This document shows positions 17,262-26,368 of a stretch of DNA of 64,000 nt, piece after piece; positions within the stretch are counted from its first letter, which is position 1, and every line of letters starts with the position of its first letter. Location: positions 5,731-69,730 of the forward strand of contig DASPQV010000049.1 in the NCBI GenBank assembly GCA_035624785.1. The letters are read 5' to 3'. The translations under genes were made by a program, and so were the position numbers. Origin of the DNA: Candidatus Binatia bacterium. Lineage in GTDB: Bacteria; Chloroflexota; Dormibacteria; Aeolococcales; Aeolococcaceae. Below the pieces are notes generated by a model. The model ran no database searches. It had not been told where the DNA came from and saw only the letters and a list, made by a program, of their open reading frames with translations.

Positions 17262-18746
17262 CTATCCGGCATCGCCGGCATCGACCTGGGGCACCACCGG
17301 TGTCCAGGTGCGTCCCCCGTCCTCGGTCTCGACGAGGTAGCTGGGTCCCGACCCGGGCTGGTCAGCACTGGGCGCCGCCCAACCGATCTCCGCGCTGACG
17401 AAATCCAGAGCGAGGCCCGAGTAGGGGAAGGCGTTGAGATGGGCCCAGGTGGCACCTCCATCGCCGGTTGCGTAGATGGCGGGAGCGGCGGCGGAGCCGT
17501 CGACGCCCTCGAAGACCAGCCAGCCCCGCTGCGGGTCCAGGAAGTCGGCGCCGGCCGGCTGCCCCAGGCCCTCCCAGCGCAGCGTCCAGCTCCGGCCGCC
17601 ATCCGCGGTCGCGAAGATGCTGGTGGTGACCGCCGAAAGGCCCAGGTTCTCGGTCAGCACGGTTCCGCTGGCCGGCGATGTGAAGACCGGCGAGAAGCTG
17701 GTCTCGTCATAGGCTCCGGCGGGAAGCGGGCCGAGCGGCTGCTGGTTCCAGCTGACGCCCCCGTCATGGGTGACGTAGAAGGCGGGGTCACCGCCGCCCT
17801 CGCAGGTCCCGGTCATCCACCCGGTGCTGGCGCTGAGGAAGGTCGCGGTCAGAGCCAGGCAGCGGTCGGGGATGATCCCCGGGTTCCCCTGCGTCCCGAT
17901 GGCCGCGCTGCTGGTGGTGGCCACCTCCGACCAGCTGGCGCCGCCGTCGACGGTGCGGAAGAGCGCCGTGGTGATGGCCGCCGTCTCGGCCAGCGAGTAC
18001 CAGCCGTGCTGGCCGTCGACGAAGATCATCTCGCCGGCGTCGGTGGGGCTGAAGCCGTGGACGCTCAGACGGCCCTCCGCCGTCCAGTGAGCCCCGCCGT
18101 CGGCGGTGGCCCACGACTGCACGGCCGTCGGGTCGGGAACCGGGGCGCTGGCCTGGCTCGCCACCGTGAGGGCGCGGGCGGTCTCGGCATCGAGGTAGGC
18201 GGCGGCGATCACCTGCGCCCGGGGCGGGGAGGCGACCGTCCAGCGCAGAACCCCGGCGGTGGTGTGGAGGATGGAGCCGTCGCTGATCCGCCGCGCCCAG
18301 CCGGCGCTGGCGGTCACCATGTGCAGGTCACCCACGGCGTTCGCGGGGTCCTCGGCCGGGAGGACCGAGACCGGCTGCGGGGTGAACGCCGGCGGGCTGA
18401 ACCGCGGGCTGGCGCTGGGCGGGATCGCCGTGGCGGGGCGGCCGCCCTGGAGCAGGTCCACACCGATCGATGCCCCCCCGACGACCACCGCCAGGGCGAG
18501 CAGCGCTGCCAGCGCGCGGCCGCGCTCCGGAGACCCCTGACGCCGTCCGGGGCGACCGGGCCCGCCCAGCGGCGGCGGGACGGGGCCGGGCCCATCCCGC
18601 GGCGGCGACCCGTCCCGGCCGATATCTGACCACGCCGCTCCCGGTCGCGACGGCGCGGTGGGGGCAGTCCCATCCGGGGACGGCCGCCTGCCGGCGAGCT
18701 CGCGGTGGAGTCGCCGGACCGGGTGGAGATCGTCGTCGCGGTGCAA
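17262..18746 (-). CDS. Membrane-anchored BNR/Asp-box (Ycf48/sortilin-like) repeat protein
   Basis: One TM segment (ALAALLALAVVVGG), then repeats with TADGGAHW, TVDGGASW, THDGGVSW, TADGGRSW, TGDGGATW, TEDGGRTW. There is no in-frame ATG or GTG between the upstream stop and the TM segment. The only canonical candidate start is TTG at 18744..18746. Confidence 0.6.
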   Translation of the reverse strand: MHRDDDLHPVRRLHRELAGRRPSPDGTAPTAPSRPGAAWSDIGRDGSPPRDGPGPVPPPLGGPGRPGRRQGSPERGRALAALLALAVVVGGASIGVDLLQGGRPATAIPPSASPRFSPPAFTPQPVSVLPAEDPANAVGDLHMVTASAGWARRISDGSILHTTAGVLRWTVASPPRAQVIAAAYLDAETARALTVASQASAPVPDPTAVQSWATADGGAHWTAEGRLSVHGFSPTDAGEMIFVDGQHGWYSLAETAAITTALFRTVDGGASWSEVATTSSAAIGTQGNPGIIPDRCLALTATFLSASTGWMTGTCEGGGDPAFYVTHDGGVSWNQQPLGPLPAGAYDETSFSPVFTSPASGTVLTENLGLSAVTTSIFATADGGRSWTLRWEGLGQPAGADFLDPQRGWLVFEGVDGSAAAPAIYATGDGGATWAHLNAFPYSGLALDFVSAEIGWAAPSADQPGSGPSYLVETEDGGRTWTPVVPQVDAGDAG

Positions 18747-18757
18747 CTGGTCCGTGC

Positions 18758-21700
18758 TCAGGGGACGGTCACGCCCTGGAGGACCGCCGGGCCCACGGTC
18801 GGGTCCAGCTCCTGCTGAACGTTGACGCCGGCCGGCGGGATGGTGTCGAGGACGTAGGGCACGCTGCCCGGGTTGAAGCCGCAGATCGCCGGCACCGGCG
18901 GTGTGGTGGCCTCCGCCGTCGAGCACACCCCGAAGTTGAAGGGTTGCGGGGTCGCCGCGAAGGTGCGAGCGTCGTCGAATCCGAAGCCGTCCTGCCCGGT
19001 CAGGGTGAGGGTGAAGGTCCAACCTGCCCAGGCCGAGGCGGCGGTCGACGCCGGGGCTCCCAGGGTCGATGCGGGCACGGTGATGGTGACGATCCCGGGC
19101 GTGTCACCTCCGGAGGGGGTCAGCTGGGCGGCCGAGACCGCTGGCGTGCCGATGCCGCCGCCGCAGTTGGGGTAGCTCCAGGTGAGGCCCGAGGTCGTCG
19201 ACGACGGGGTCACCCAGCAGTCGCCGCCGAAGCCGTCCACCTCGATGACCTGGTTCCAGGCGTCCGCCGCCGCGATGGAGTAGTTGAAGGGACTGGCCGC
19301 GGCCGTCGATTGGACTTCGCCGGTGGGGACCTGACCGCTGGGAGCGTGGATGTAGAGGTCGAACAGCTGGGCGCCGTCGAGGCTGCCGAAGGTCGGCACC
19401 AGGTTCTCGATGCCCACCCGGAAGCTGACGGTGGTGCCGGAGTCGATCACCGTCAACCCGGTCAGGCGGAAGGAGTCGGGCGAGAAGTTGGAGCTCGTCG
19501 GGTACGCGTAGACCCCGGTGGGCTGCGTGTACGGCGAGTAACCGGGCCCGTTGCCGCCGCCCGGGGCGGCGGGCACGTTGAGGATCACCGTGCCGGGGAT
19601 GAACAGGTTGTTGACTGCGAAGATGGCCTCGTCGGTGGCGCTGCCCGCGGTCGCCGCCACCTCGATGGAGTTGCTCCCCGGCTCCAGGGCGACCGAGGTC
19701 GAGAAGGCGCCGCCGCCGTCCGCGCTCACCGTGGTGATCGTGGTGGTCGGCGTCGACGCCCCGGCCGCCGTCCCGGTGATCGCGATGTCGACGGTCGCGC
19801 CCGCCGCCGTGCTGCCGCTGACCACCGTCGAGGCGGAGTTGACCGTCACCGACGGGCGGGTGAGGTTGATCGGGACGTCCCGCCCGTTGACGGCCAGCGG
19901 TGACGACACGGCGAGCGCCGCGGTCGCGGGTGGGGCGGGCAGGTAGCGCTCGGCGACGATGCTCGGCTGGTCGAGCAGGGTGCCGCTCTGGATGTCGCGG
20001 AGCAGCCGGAGGAGCTGCGCCTGGGCCCAGGTCAGCGGTGCCGCTGAGCCGTCGGGCTTGCCGTCGATCAAGCCGATGGACGCCGTGGTCGGGTCGGAGC
20101 CGTAGGCCGAGGCGGCCAGGTCCGGGAAGTTCCAGACCTGCTCGGGCATGAGACCGACGCCGCTTGCCGAGTTGAGCATGAAGTCGAGATCCGACTGCAG
20201 CGCCGCCGGGTTGCCGGCCAGCAGCTGGTACTCCGCGTTCTCCCCGGAGAGCACCGGCCAGGGGTGCCCGGTGCCGGTGTCGGTGGTCGCCCAGGGCTCG
20301 CCGGTGAGCGGGCAGTTGGCGTTGGCCGCGACCTCGACCGCGCCCGTGTCGCAGTCGCCATAGCCGTCGCCGTTGTAGCGCATGATCCCGGTCCCGGATG
20401 GCGTCGAGGAGTCGATGGCGCTCGCGGCCACCGCCAGGGAGTTGCTGACGGTGGGATCGGACGCCGGCAGCTCGCCGAGCCGGGTCAGCTCGAGGAACCC
20501 CTGGTCGATCACGCTGCGCTGGTCCACCGGGCTGGTGTTGCCGTTGTTGAGGGTGTAGGTCACGCCGGCCTGGTCAGGGTTTCCGGTCTTGTCCAGGCGC
20601 ATGAAGTAGGAGCTGGACGAGAGCGGCCCGTCAGTGGTGATGCCGGTGGTCAGGATCAGCTGGCGGAAGTCGTCGGCGGTGGCCAGGAAGAGGCGCTGCG
20701 ATGCGGTGTCGCCCTGCACCCCGGCGATCGCGGCAGCGGCCACCAGGCCGGCAACCTCATCGGCCATGGTGGAGGGCGAGAAACCGGTCTGCTCCTCCCA
20801 GCGCTCCACGCCGTCCACCGGGCCGTTGGCGACCAGGAAGTCGGCGGCGGGCCTGATGTGATCCTGGTAGAGGGAGGCGCTGCCGGCCATTCCCGCCTGC
20901 CACGCGGCGAGGATCGGGTCCGCGGTCTCGTCGAGCTGGAGCCCGCCCGTGTCGGGTGCCGCCTCGCCGTTGAGCAGCCCGTTGCGCGGGAAGCTGCCGT
21001 CCGGCAGCTGCATGTGGTCGAACCAGTATTCGACCATCTGGCGGGCGGTGCCGATGTCACCGTCGGCCAGGAAGCCGGTGAACGTCTCGTAGGCGTCGCG
21101 GGGGAACACCTCGCGATACGACCCGAAGTAGGGAGCCAGGTCGTTGACCGGGGTCCCGGCCGAGACCGCCTGGCCCCAGGGGCTGCTCAGGGACGCGGCG
21201 GTGGCACCGACGAAGCTCTTGTCCTCGCTCGCCTTGATGACGTTGGCGGAGAGCCAGTAGGCGGCCTGGTCGGCGGGGCTGAGGGCGGTGCCGCCATGTC
21301 CGGGCGCGCCGCCCGGCGAGCAGAGCTGGGAGTCGTAGTCGAGCCACTGCCCCTGGTACTGGAGGAAGGTGGCGGCGATAGGGGCCGCCGACGCGTCGAG
21401 CGCGGACTCGAGCGCGCTGGCCTCGGTGCCGCCGAAGCCAAGGGCCACCGTCTGGCTGCTCACCGCGCTGGGACGGGGCGGGGTCGACAGCCCGGCCGCC
21501 CCGGCCGCCGCGGCCGCGATCGCCACTGGGCTGAGGCTGGTGACGCCGGTGGCGGTCGCTCCGGGAGCTATGCGGCGGGGCGAGCAGACGGATGCGCTGT
21601 CGAAGCTGCCGCCGCCGTAGGCGCCCAGGTCGCCGCCGCTCGCCCCGCCTGACGAGGCGGCCGGCGCGCCGCTGCCCAGGCTCAGCTCGACGGTCTGGAC

Positions 21701-23059
21701 CACGTTGCCAGCGCTGGCGTTCGGGGCGGTGGTGGTCAGCGAGCGAGCACTGTCCAGCTCGGCCAACCCGTCGCTGGAGCTCCCCGCGAAGCCGGTCTCC
21801 ACCGCAGCGAACGGGGAGCTGGCCGCCAGGGCCGCGTAGATCGGGGTGGCGTAGCCCCGGTTCAGCGCTTCGGTGAAGGAGTTGGTGGAGTAGGAGAGCG
21901 GGATCTGGCCGCGGCTGGTCGGGACGATGGTCGCGGACTCCGCCCCCGCATTGCCGCTGCCGCCGCCACCGTGACCGTTCAGCAGCGGGTTGAGACGCAG
22001 GTAGAGATGAAGGCCCGCGGGCGCTCCGGGGAGCGCGACCAGGCTGTACTGGATCACCACCGCCTCAGTCGAGGGATCGGTGACGAAGTCGCTGACGATC
22101 GCGAAGTGCTGGGCGGTGTCCAGGGCGATGACCCGGCAGGCCATCCCGGTCTGGCCCAGCGAGCTGACCGTGTAGGTCATGTCGCGGGGCTGGAGGGCGG
22201 TGAAGCCGGGACCGGTGACGATCGGATCCAGGGTCTTGACGTTGGTGTTGTCGATGGTGGGGGCGTAGACGTCCGACAGCTCGCCGTCGGCCACCGTGTA
22301 CCAGACCGTCGAGGCCGTGTCCGCGGCGGTGCCGACGCAATCCTTGCGCGCCTCGTCGTAGTAGGAGAGCCCACCGGGCGCGCCCCCCGCCTCGCTGCCC
22401 GGGCTGCCGATCGCGAGGTCGAAGACGTGCATCGAGGTGATGCCGCGACCGACCCCGGCGGACACGGCCGGCAGGGTCACCGATGCCACCTCCTTGGTGG
22501 GATCGAGAGGCACGGCGGCGTAGGAGAGGCTCACCGGGATCGTCCCGGCGGGGTTCCAGCCGCGGGTGGTGGCGAGGAAGTCGGTGCCGGTCGCGGCAGC
22601 GCCGTCGATCCAGTCGGCGAAGCTGAGCGACGCCGTGGAGCTGGATCCGTCCGCGTAGGTGACTGTGAAGGTGCCGCTCGCCGACCCGAACGCGGCGGCG
22701 CCCACGATCCCGAGGGTGGAGCCGCGTCCGCTCAGGGAGATGGTCTGCCCGTCGGCGACGACGTTGTCCGGGCTGCCGGGCGCGACATCGGGCCAGGTGA
22801 GACCGAGACCGTCGTGGAGCAGGCTCTCCCCGGGGGCCAGCGCATCCGCGGCCAGCCCGGGCGCGGAGAACGAGTCCCCGATGCCGTCGTAATTCCCGGC
22901 GCCGGCGCCGCCAGGCGTGGTGATGCCCACGTTGTCGAAGGCCTGCGCCAGGGAGACCCCGGTCGCGGAGGTGGTGGGGGCGGCGATCGCCATGCCCCCC
23001 ATCCCGAGCACGGCCGCGGCGACGGCCGCACGAAATCGGCGATGACGAGCACGACGCAC
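18758..23059 (-). CDS. Secreted multi-domain GH15 glucoamylase/glucodextranase-like protein (1433 aa)
   Basis: Signal peptide (RRFRAAVAAAVLGMGGMAIAAP). GH15 catalytic-domain motifs: YREVFPRDAYETF, LQLDETADPILA, GVERWEEQTGFSPST, GIMRYNGDGY, MPEQVW. The C-terminal part resembles the glucodextranase C-terminal module, and there is an additional N-terminal domain of about 230 aa. Confidence 0.8.
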   Translation of the reverse strand: MRRARHRRFRAAVAAAVLGMGGMAIAAPTTSATGVSLAQAFDNVGITTPGGAGAGNYDGIGDSFSAPGLAADALAPGESLLHDGLGLTWPDVAPGSPDNVVADGQTISLSGRGSTLGIVGAAAFGSASGTFTVTYADGSSSTASLSFADWIDGAAATGTDFLATTRGWNPAGTIPVSLSYAAVPLDPTKEVASVTLPAVSAGVGRGITSMHVFDLAIGSPGSEAGGAPGGLSYYDEARKDCVGTAADTASTVWYTVADGELSDVYAPTIDNTNVKTLDPIVTGPGFTALQPRDMTYTVSSLGQTGMACRVIALDTAQHFAIVSDFVTDPSTEAVVIQYSLVALPGAPAGLHLYLRLNPLLNGHGGGGSGNAGAESATIVPTSRGQIPLSYSTNSFTEALNRGYATPIYAALAASSPFAAVETGFAGSSSDGLAELDSARSLTTTAPNASAGNVVQTVELSLGSGAPAASSGGASGGDLGAYGGGSFDSASVCSPRRIAPGATATGVTSLSPVAIAAAAAGAAGLSTPPRPSAVSSQTVALGFGGTEASALESALDASAAPIAATFLQYQGQWLDYDSQLCSPGGAPGHGGTALSPADQAAYWLSANVIKASEDKSFVGATAASLSSPWGQAVSAGTPVNDLAPYFGSYREVFPRDAYETFTGFLADGDIGTARQMVEYWFDHMQLPDGSFPRNGLLNGEAAPDTGGLQLDETADPILAAWQAGMAGSASLYQDHIRPAADFLVANGPVDGVERWEEQTGFSPSTMADEVAGLVAAAAIAGVQGDTASQRLFLATADDFRQLILTTGITTDGPLSSSSYFMRLDKTGNPDQAGVTYTLNNGNTSPVDQRSVIDQGFLELTRLGELPASDPTVSNSLAVAASAIDSSTPSGTGIMRYNGDGYGDCDTGAVEVAANANCPLTGEPWATTDTGTGHPWPVLSGENAEYQLLAGNPAALQSDLDFMLNSASGVGLMPEQVWNFPDLAASAYGSDPTTASIGLIDGKPDGSAAPLTWAQAQLLRLLRDIQSGTLLDQPSIVAERYLPAPPATAALAVSSPLAVNGRDVPINLTRPSVTVNSASTVVSGSTAAGATVDIAITGTAAGASTPTTTITTVSADGGGAFSTSVALEPGSNSIEVAATAGSATDEAIFAVNNLFIPGTVILNVPAAPGGGNGPGYSPYTQPTGVYAYPTSSNFSPDSFRLTGLTVIDSGTTVSFRVGIENLVPTFGSLDGAQLFDLYIHAPSGQVPTGEVQSTAAASPFNYSIAAADAWNQVIEVDGFGGDCWVTPSSTTSGLTWSYPNCGGGIGTPAVSAAQLTPSGGDTPGIVTITVPASTLGAPASTAASAWAGWTFTLTLTGQDGFGFDDARTFAATPQPFNFGVCSTAEATTPPVPAICGFNPGSVPYVLDTIPPAGVNVQQELDPTVGPAVLQGVTVP

Positions 23060-23196
23060 GGCCGCACCTCCCAGCCCGAATCCGTCCCGTCCGCCGGCAG
23101 GCCCCGAGACCCAGCCGGCTGGGTAAGGATGGGATGGCGCTCCGGCGCTGTCAAGCGACGCCGCCGGCGCGCTCGTCGCGGCGCGGTGACAGCGGG

Positions 23197-23820
23197 TCAG
23201 CCTGGTTCCGCCTCCCGCTCGTCGCCCAGGCCGGCGGCTCGCCGGAGGGCGCGCAGCTGGATAACCTTGCAGGTCCCCGGGGTCACCCCCAGCGCGGTCG
23301 CCGTCTCGCTGACCGAGTAGCCGCGCAGGAAGCGCAGCTCGAGGATGCGGCGATCCCGGTCTCCGAGCCGGGCCAGGATGGAGTGGAGCCGGCGCTCGCC
23401 CTTCGGCAGCGGCGCTCCCGCCGGCCGGGCGCGCGTCTCCTCCAGCAGTTCCTCGGCCCGATGGGCGGAGCGCTCGTTGAAGTGGTCCGCGACCAGGCAG
23501 CGCGCGGTGGTCAGCAGGTATGCGTGGACCTCCTCCGGGGCCGCCTCCGGGCGCAGCCGTGGCAGGGCGCGGAGGAAGACCTGGGCGCAGACGTCCTCGC
23601 TGTCGGCGCGGTTGCCAACCCGGGAGAGCACGTAGCGGAACACCAGGTGGGCCTCGCGGCGGTAGACCACCGCCCAGTCCTCGGCGGCGGGCCGGGCCGA
23701 GGGCTCCAGGTGCAGGACATGGAGCGGCGCGCGCCAGGCCTCGGCGGCCGGTCGGGGGCCTCGGTCGTCCACGTGCTGTTCCACGGGCGGCGGCCCTGCC
23801 CGGTTCAACAGCGTGGCCAC
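23197..23820 (-). CDS. ECF-type sigma-70 family RNA polymerase sigma factor
   Basis: Region 2 (VFRYVLSRVGNRADSEDVCAQVFLRA) and region 4 HTH (ILELRFLRGYSVSETATALGVTPGTCKVIQLRALRR). The start is uncertain. Confidence 0.8.
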   Translation of the reverse strand: MATLLNRAGPPPVEQHVDDRGPRPAAEAWRAPLHVLHLEPSARPAAEDWAVVYRREAHLVFRYVLSRVGNRADSEDVCAQVFLRALPRLRPEAAPEEVHAYLLTTARCLVADHFNERSAHRAEELLEETRARPAGAPLPKGERRLHSILARLGDRDRRILELRFLRGYSVSETATALGVTPGTCKVIQLRALRRAAGLGDEREAEPG

Positions 23821-23933
23821 GGCTCGCCGGATGCCGCCGGCCGCGGGGGCCGGGGGAGCGGGCCCCCGCGATGCCGGTCGCGGGAGCCCGCTCTCAGACC
23901 GGTGTCCGGATCAGCGACCCGGAAGCCGAGACC

Positions 23934-25091
23934 TCAGTGGAGCAGGTTCAGGGTGTTGCTGCCGTCGTCGACGAAGTAGATGCCGCTCCCCTCCGCGGCG
24001 ACGGCGAGGCCGAACAGGGTCCCGTTGCCGTTGGGCAGGCCCGAGACCGGGGTGTTGTCCAGAGTCATCACCGCTACCTGGGCACCGCCGGGGGTGGTCT
24101 CGACCAGGTTGCCGTTGATGCCGTTGACGGTGAGGATGTCGCCGTTCGGGGCGATCGCCAGGCCGAGCGGCCCGTCGAGCGCTTCGCCCGCTGAGACCGT
24201 CATGCCCCGCTGGGATGTGGTTCGGCTGATCGCGTCGGGGATGGCCGCGATCCGGTTGCTATCCGTGTCGGCCACGTAGAGCGTGCCGTCGCGACCCAGG
24301 CCGACGCCGGTGGGCCCCACCACCAGCGCGGCGGGATCGGTGCGCTCCAGGAAGCCGCGACCGATCACCGTCTCCGAGGTGACCAGGGGTGCGTCACCGG
24401 CGGTGGAGATCGCGATTCGGACGACCGTCCCGCCGTCCACCGAAGCGGGGCTGGCCTCCTGGGTGCCGTTGAGCACGTTGGTGACGAAGAGGAGCGCCGA
24501 GCTGCTGCGGTCGAGAGCGGTCATGTCCCAGGGGCCGTTGAGGGGCGCGCCGGAGATGGTCTCGACGGCCTGTCCCCAGCGGTTGACGACGATCAGGCAC
24601 CCGGGCTGCATCGTCGCCGACGTGCCATCGCTGGTCGGCAGGCTGCCCACGATGACCCAGCCGCTGCGCAGGGACACCAGCGCGGTGGTGAGGCCGACCC
24701 CTCCCGGGCAGGCTCCGCCGAGGTGATCAGGGACGAGATGAGCGAACACCGTGACCCTGCCCTTCGGCGAGATCTCGACGATGGTGCTCCCGGTGCCCTG
24801 CAGGTTGTTGCGATTGTTGAAGTTGCTGACCAGCACGTCACCGGCGACCAGGCGCCCGGCGGTGACCGGCACGATCGCCACCCCGTAGGGATTCACGTCG
24901 CCGTTGGCGGGGATGGTCGACGCCACCGTCGAGATGGTGCCGAGGGGTCCGGCGAAGCTGCCCGGTGAGGCGGCGAGGACTGGCACGGCGGCCAGGCCCA
25001 GGCCCGCCGCGACGGCCACGATCAGGGAAATGCGCAGCAGCGCTGCCGAAGGTCGCACGGTCCGGTTCCTCCTGTGCCCGAGAGCCCCCAA
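23934..25091 (-). CDS. Secreted NHL-repeat beta-propeller protein
   Basis: Signal-anchor-like N-terminus (LLRISLIVAVAAGLGLAAVPVLAA). NHL-like blades include GTLYVADTDSNRIAAI, LGLAIAPNGDILTVN and GIYFVDDGSN. Confidence 0.7.
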   Translation of the reverse strand: MGALGHRRNRTVRPSAALLRISLIVAVAAGLGLAAVPVLAASPGSFAGPLGTISTVASTIPANGDVNPYGVAIVPVTAGRLVAGDVLVSNFNNRNNLQGTGSTIVEISPKGRVTVFAHLVPDHLGGACPGGVGLTTALVSLRSGWVIVGSLPTSDGTSATMQPGCLIVVNRWGQAVETISGAPLNGPWDMTALDRSSSALLFVTNVLNGTQEASPASVDGGTVVRIAISTAGDAPLVTSETVIGRGFLERTDPAALVVGPTGVGLGRDGTLYVADTDSNRIAAIPDAISRTTSQRGMTVSAGEALDGPLGLAIAPNGDILTVNGINGNLVETTPGGAQVAVMTLDNTPVSGLPNGNGTLFGLAVAAEGSGIYFVDDGSNTLNLLH

Positions 25092-25180
25092 AGTGGATAC
25101 GCCGGCGGGTTACGGCCGCATCACCTCATGCGCTCACCCGCGGCCACCGGGAGGGGGCGGCGAGGTGGCAGGATCTGGGT

Positions 25181-26317
25181 ATGCCCGAGCGTGCCGCCGC
25201 CGACCTGGTGGCGGAGGCCCGGGCCCTGCTCGCTGACGCGCCCGTCTTCGACGGCCACAACGACCTGGCCTGGGAGATCCGGCGCCTCTCGGGCGGCGAC
25301 CTGGCCGCGGTGGATCCCGGCGCTTCGCTGGCGGGCCGGACCCACACCGACCTCGAGAGGCTGGTCCGGGGTGGGGTCGGAGCCCAGTTCTGGTCCGTCT
25401 ACGCCCCCTCCAACGTGCCGGAGGTGGAGGCCCTGGCGATAACCCTGGAGCAGGTCGACCTGGTGCGGCGCATGGTCGATGCCCACCCCGGCCGGCTGGC
25501 CCTGGCGGTCAGCGCCGGGGACTGCCTACGGGCCCGCGCCTCCGGACGCATCGCTTCGCTGCTGGGTGCTGAGGGGGGCCACTGCATCGCCGGGTCGCTG
25601 GGCATCCTTCGCGACCTCCACCGGCTGGGCGTTCGCTACCTGACGCTCACGCACAACGACAGCACCGCCTGGGCGGATTCGGCGACGGACCAGCCGCGGG
25701 CCGGCGGGCTCAGCGACCTGGGCCGGCAGGTGGTGGGAGAGATGAACCGGGTCGGGATGCTGGTCGACATCTCCCACGTCGCCGTGAGCACCATGCACGC
25801 GGCCCTGGACGCCACCACCCGCCCGGTGATCTTCTCCCACTCCTCGGCGCGGGCCCTGGTCGACCACCCCCGCAACGTGCCTGACGATGTCCTGCAGCGG
25901 CTGAGCGGCAACGGTGGGGTGTGCCAGGTGGCCTTCGTCCCCTCCTTCGTGTCCACGCCCTGCTGGGAATGGACCGAGCTGGCCCGGCGGACCATGGCCG
26001 AGCGCGGCCTCGACGCCTCCGACCTCGAGGCGCGCATGCGGTTCGAAGCCACCTTCGCTGCCGAGAGCCCCCCGCCCCGGGCCAGCGTCGCCGACGTGGC
26101 CGACCACGTGGATCACGTTCGCGAGGCGGCGGGGGTCGACCACGTCGGGCTGGGCGGCGACTTCGATGGCACCGACCGGCTTCCGGAGGGCCTCGAGGAC
26201 GTGTCGTGCTACCCGCACCTGATCGCCGAGCTGCTGGCTCGCGGCTGGAGCCGCGACGAGCTGGCCAGGCTCACCTGGGCCAACGCCCTCAGGGTGGTGG
26301 GGGACGCCTGCGCCTGA
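25181..26317 (+). CDS. Membrane dipeptidase (peptidase family M19)
   Basis: FDGHNDLAWEIR, GVGAQFWSVY, RYLTLTHNDST, MLVDISHV, IFSHSSARAL, HVGLGGDFDG. I take the start at ATG 25181. The track ORF starts upstream at 24965. Confidence 0.85.
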   Translation: MPERAAADLVAEARALLADAPVFDGHNDLAWEIRRLSGGDLAAVDPGASLAGRTHTDLERLVRGGVGAQFWSVYAPSNVPEVEALAITLEQVDLVRRMVDAHPGRLALAVSAGDCLRARASGRIASLLGAEGGHCIAGSLGILRDLHRLGVRYLTLTHNDSTAWADSATDQPRAGGLSDLGRQVVGEMNRVGMLVDISHVAVSTMHAALDATTRPVIFSHSSARALVDHPRNVPDDVLQRLSGNGGVCQVAFVPSFVSTPCWEWTELARRTMAERGLDASDLEARMRFEATFAAESPPPRASVADVADHVDHVREAAGVDHVGLGGDFDGTDRLPEGLEDVSCYPHLIAELLARGWSRDELARLTWANALRVVGDACA

Positions 26318-26349
26318 CCCGGGCGGCGGCCGGGCTCGGGGTGCATACA

Positions 26350-26368
26350 GGTACCGGGTAGGGGTACC
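26350..26368. promoter_or_regulatory. Candidate CsoR operator: GC-rich pseudo-palindrome GGTACCgggtaggGGTACC directly upstream of copA
   Basis: Read directly. Known CsoR operators are GC-rich inverted repeats of the TACC...GGTA type, and csoR lies in the same operon. Confidence 0.4.

Noticed and set aside
16804-17398. Track ORFs 16804..17112 and the long tail of 16781..17398 as real proteins
   Set aside because: Both are Arg/Pro-rich out-of-frame readings of the DUF1801 gene. The third frame gives the conserved DUF1801 C-terminus.
23111-23122. 12-bp perfect palindrome CCAGCCGGCTGG upstream of the GH15 gene as an operator
   Set aside because: Short GC-only palindromes are expected by chance at this base composition, and there is no second half-site or nearby regulator to support it.
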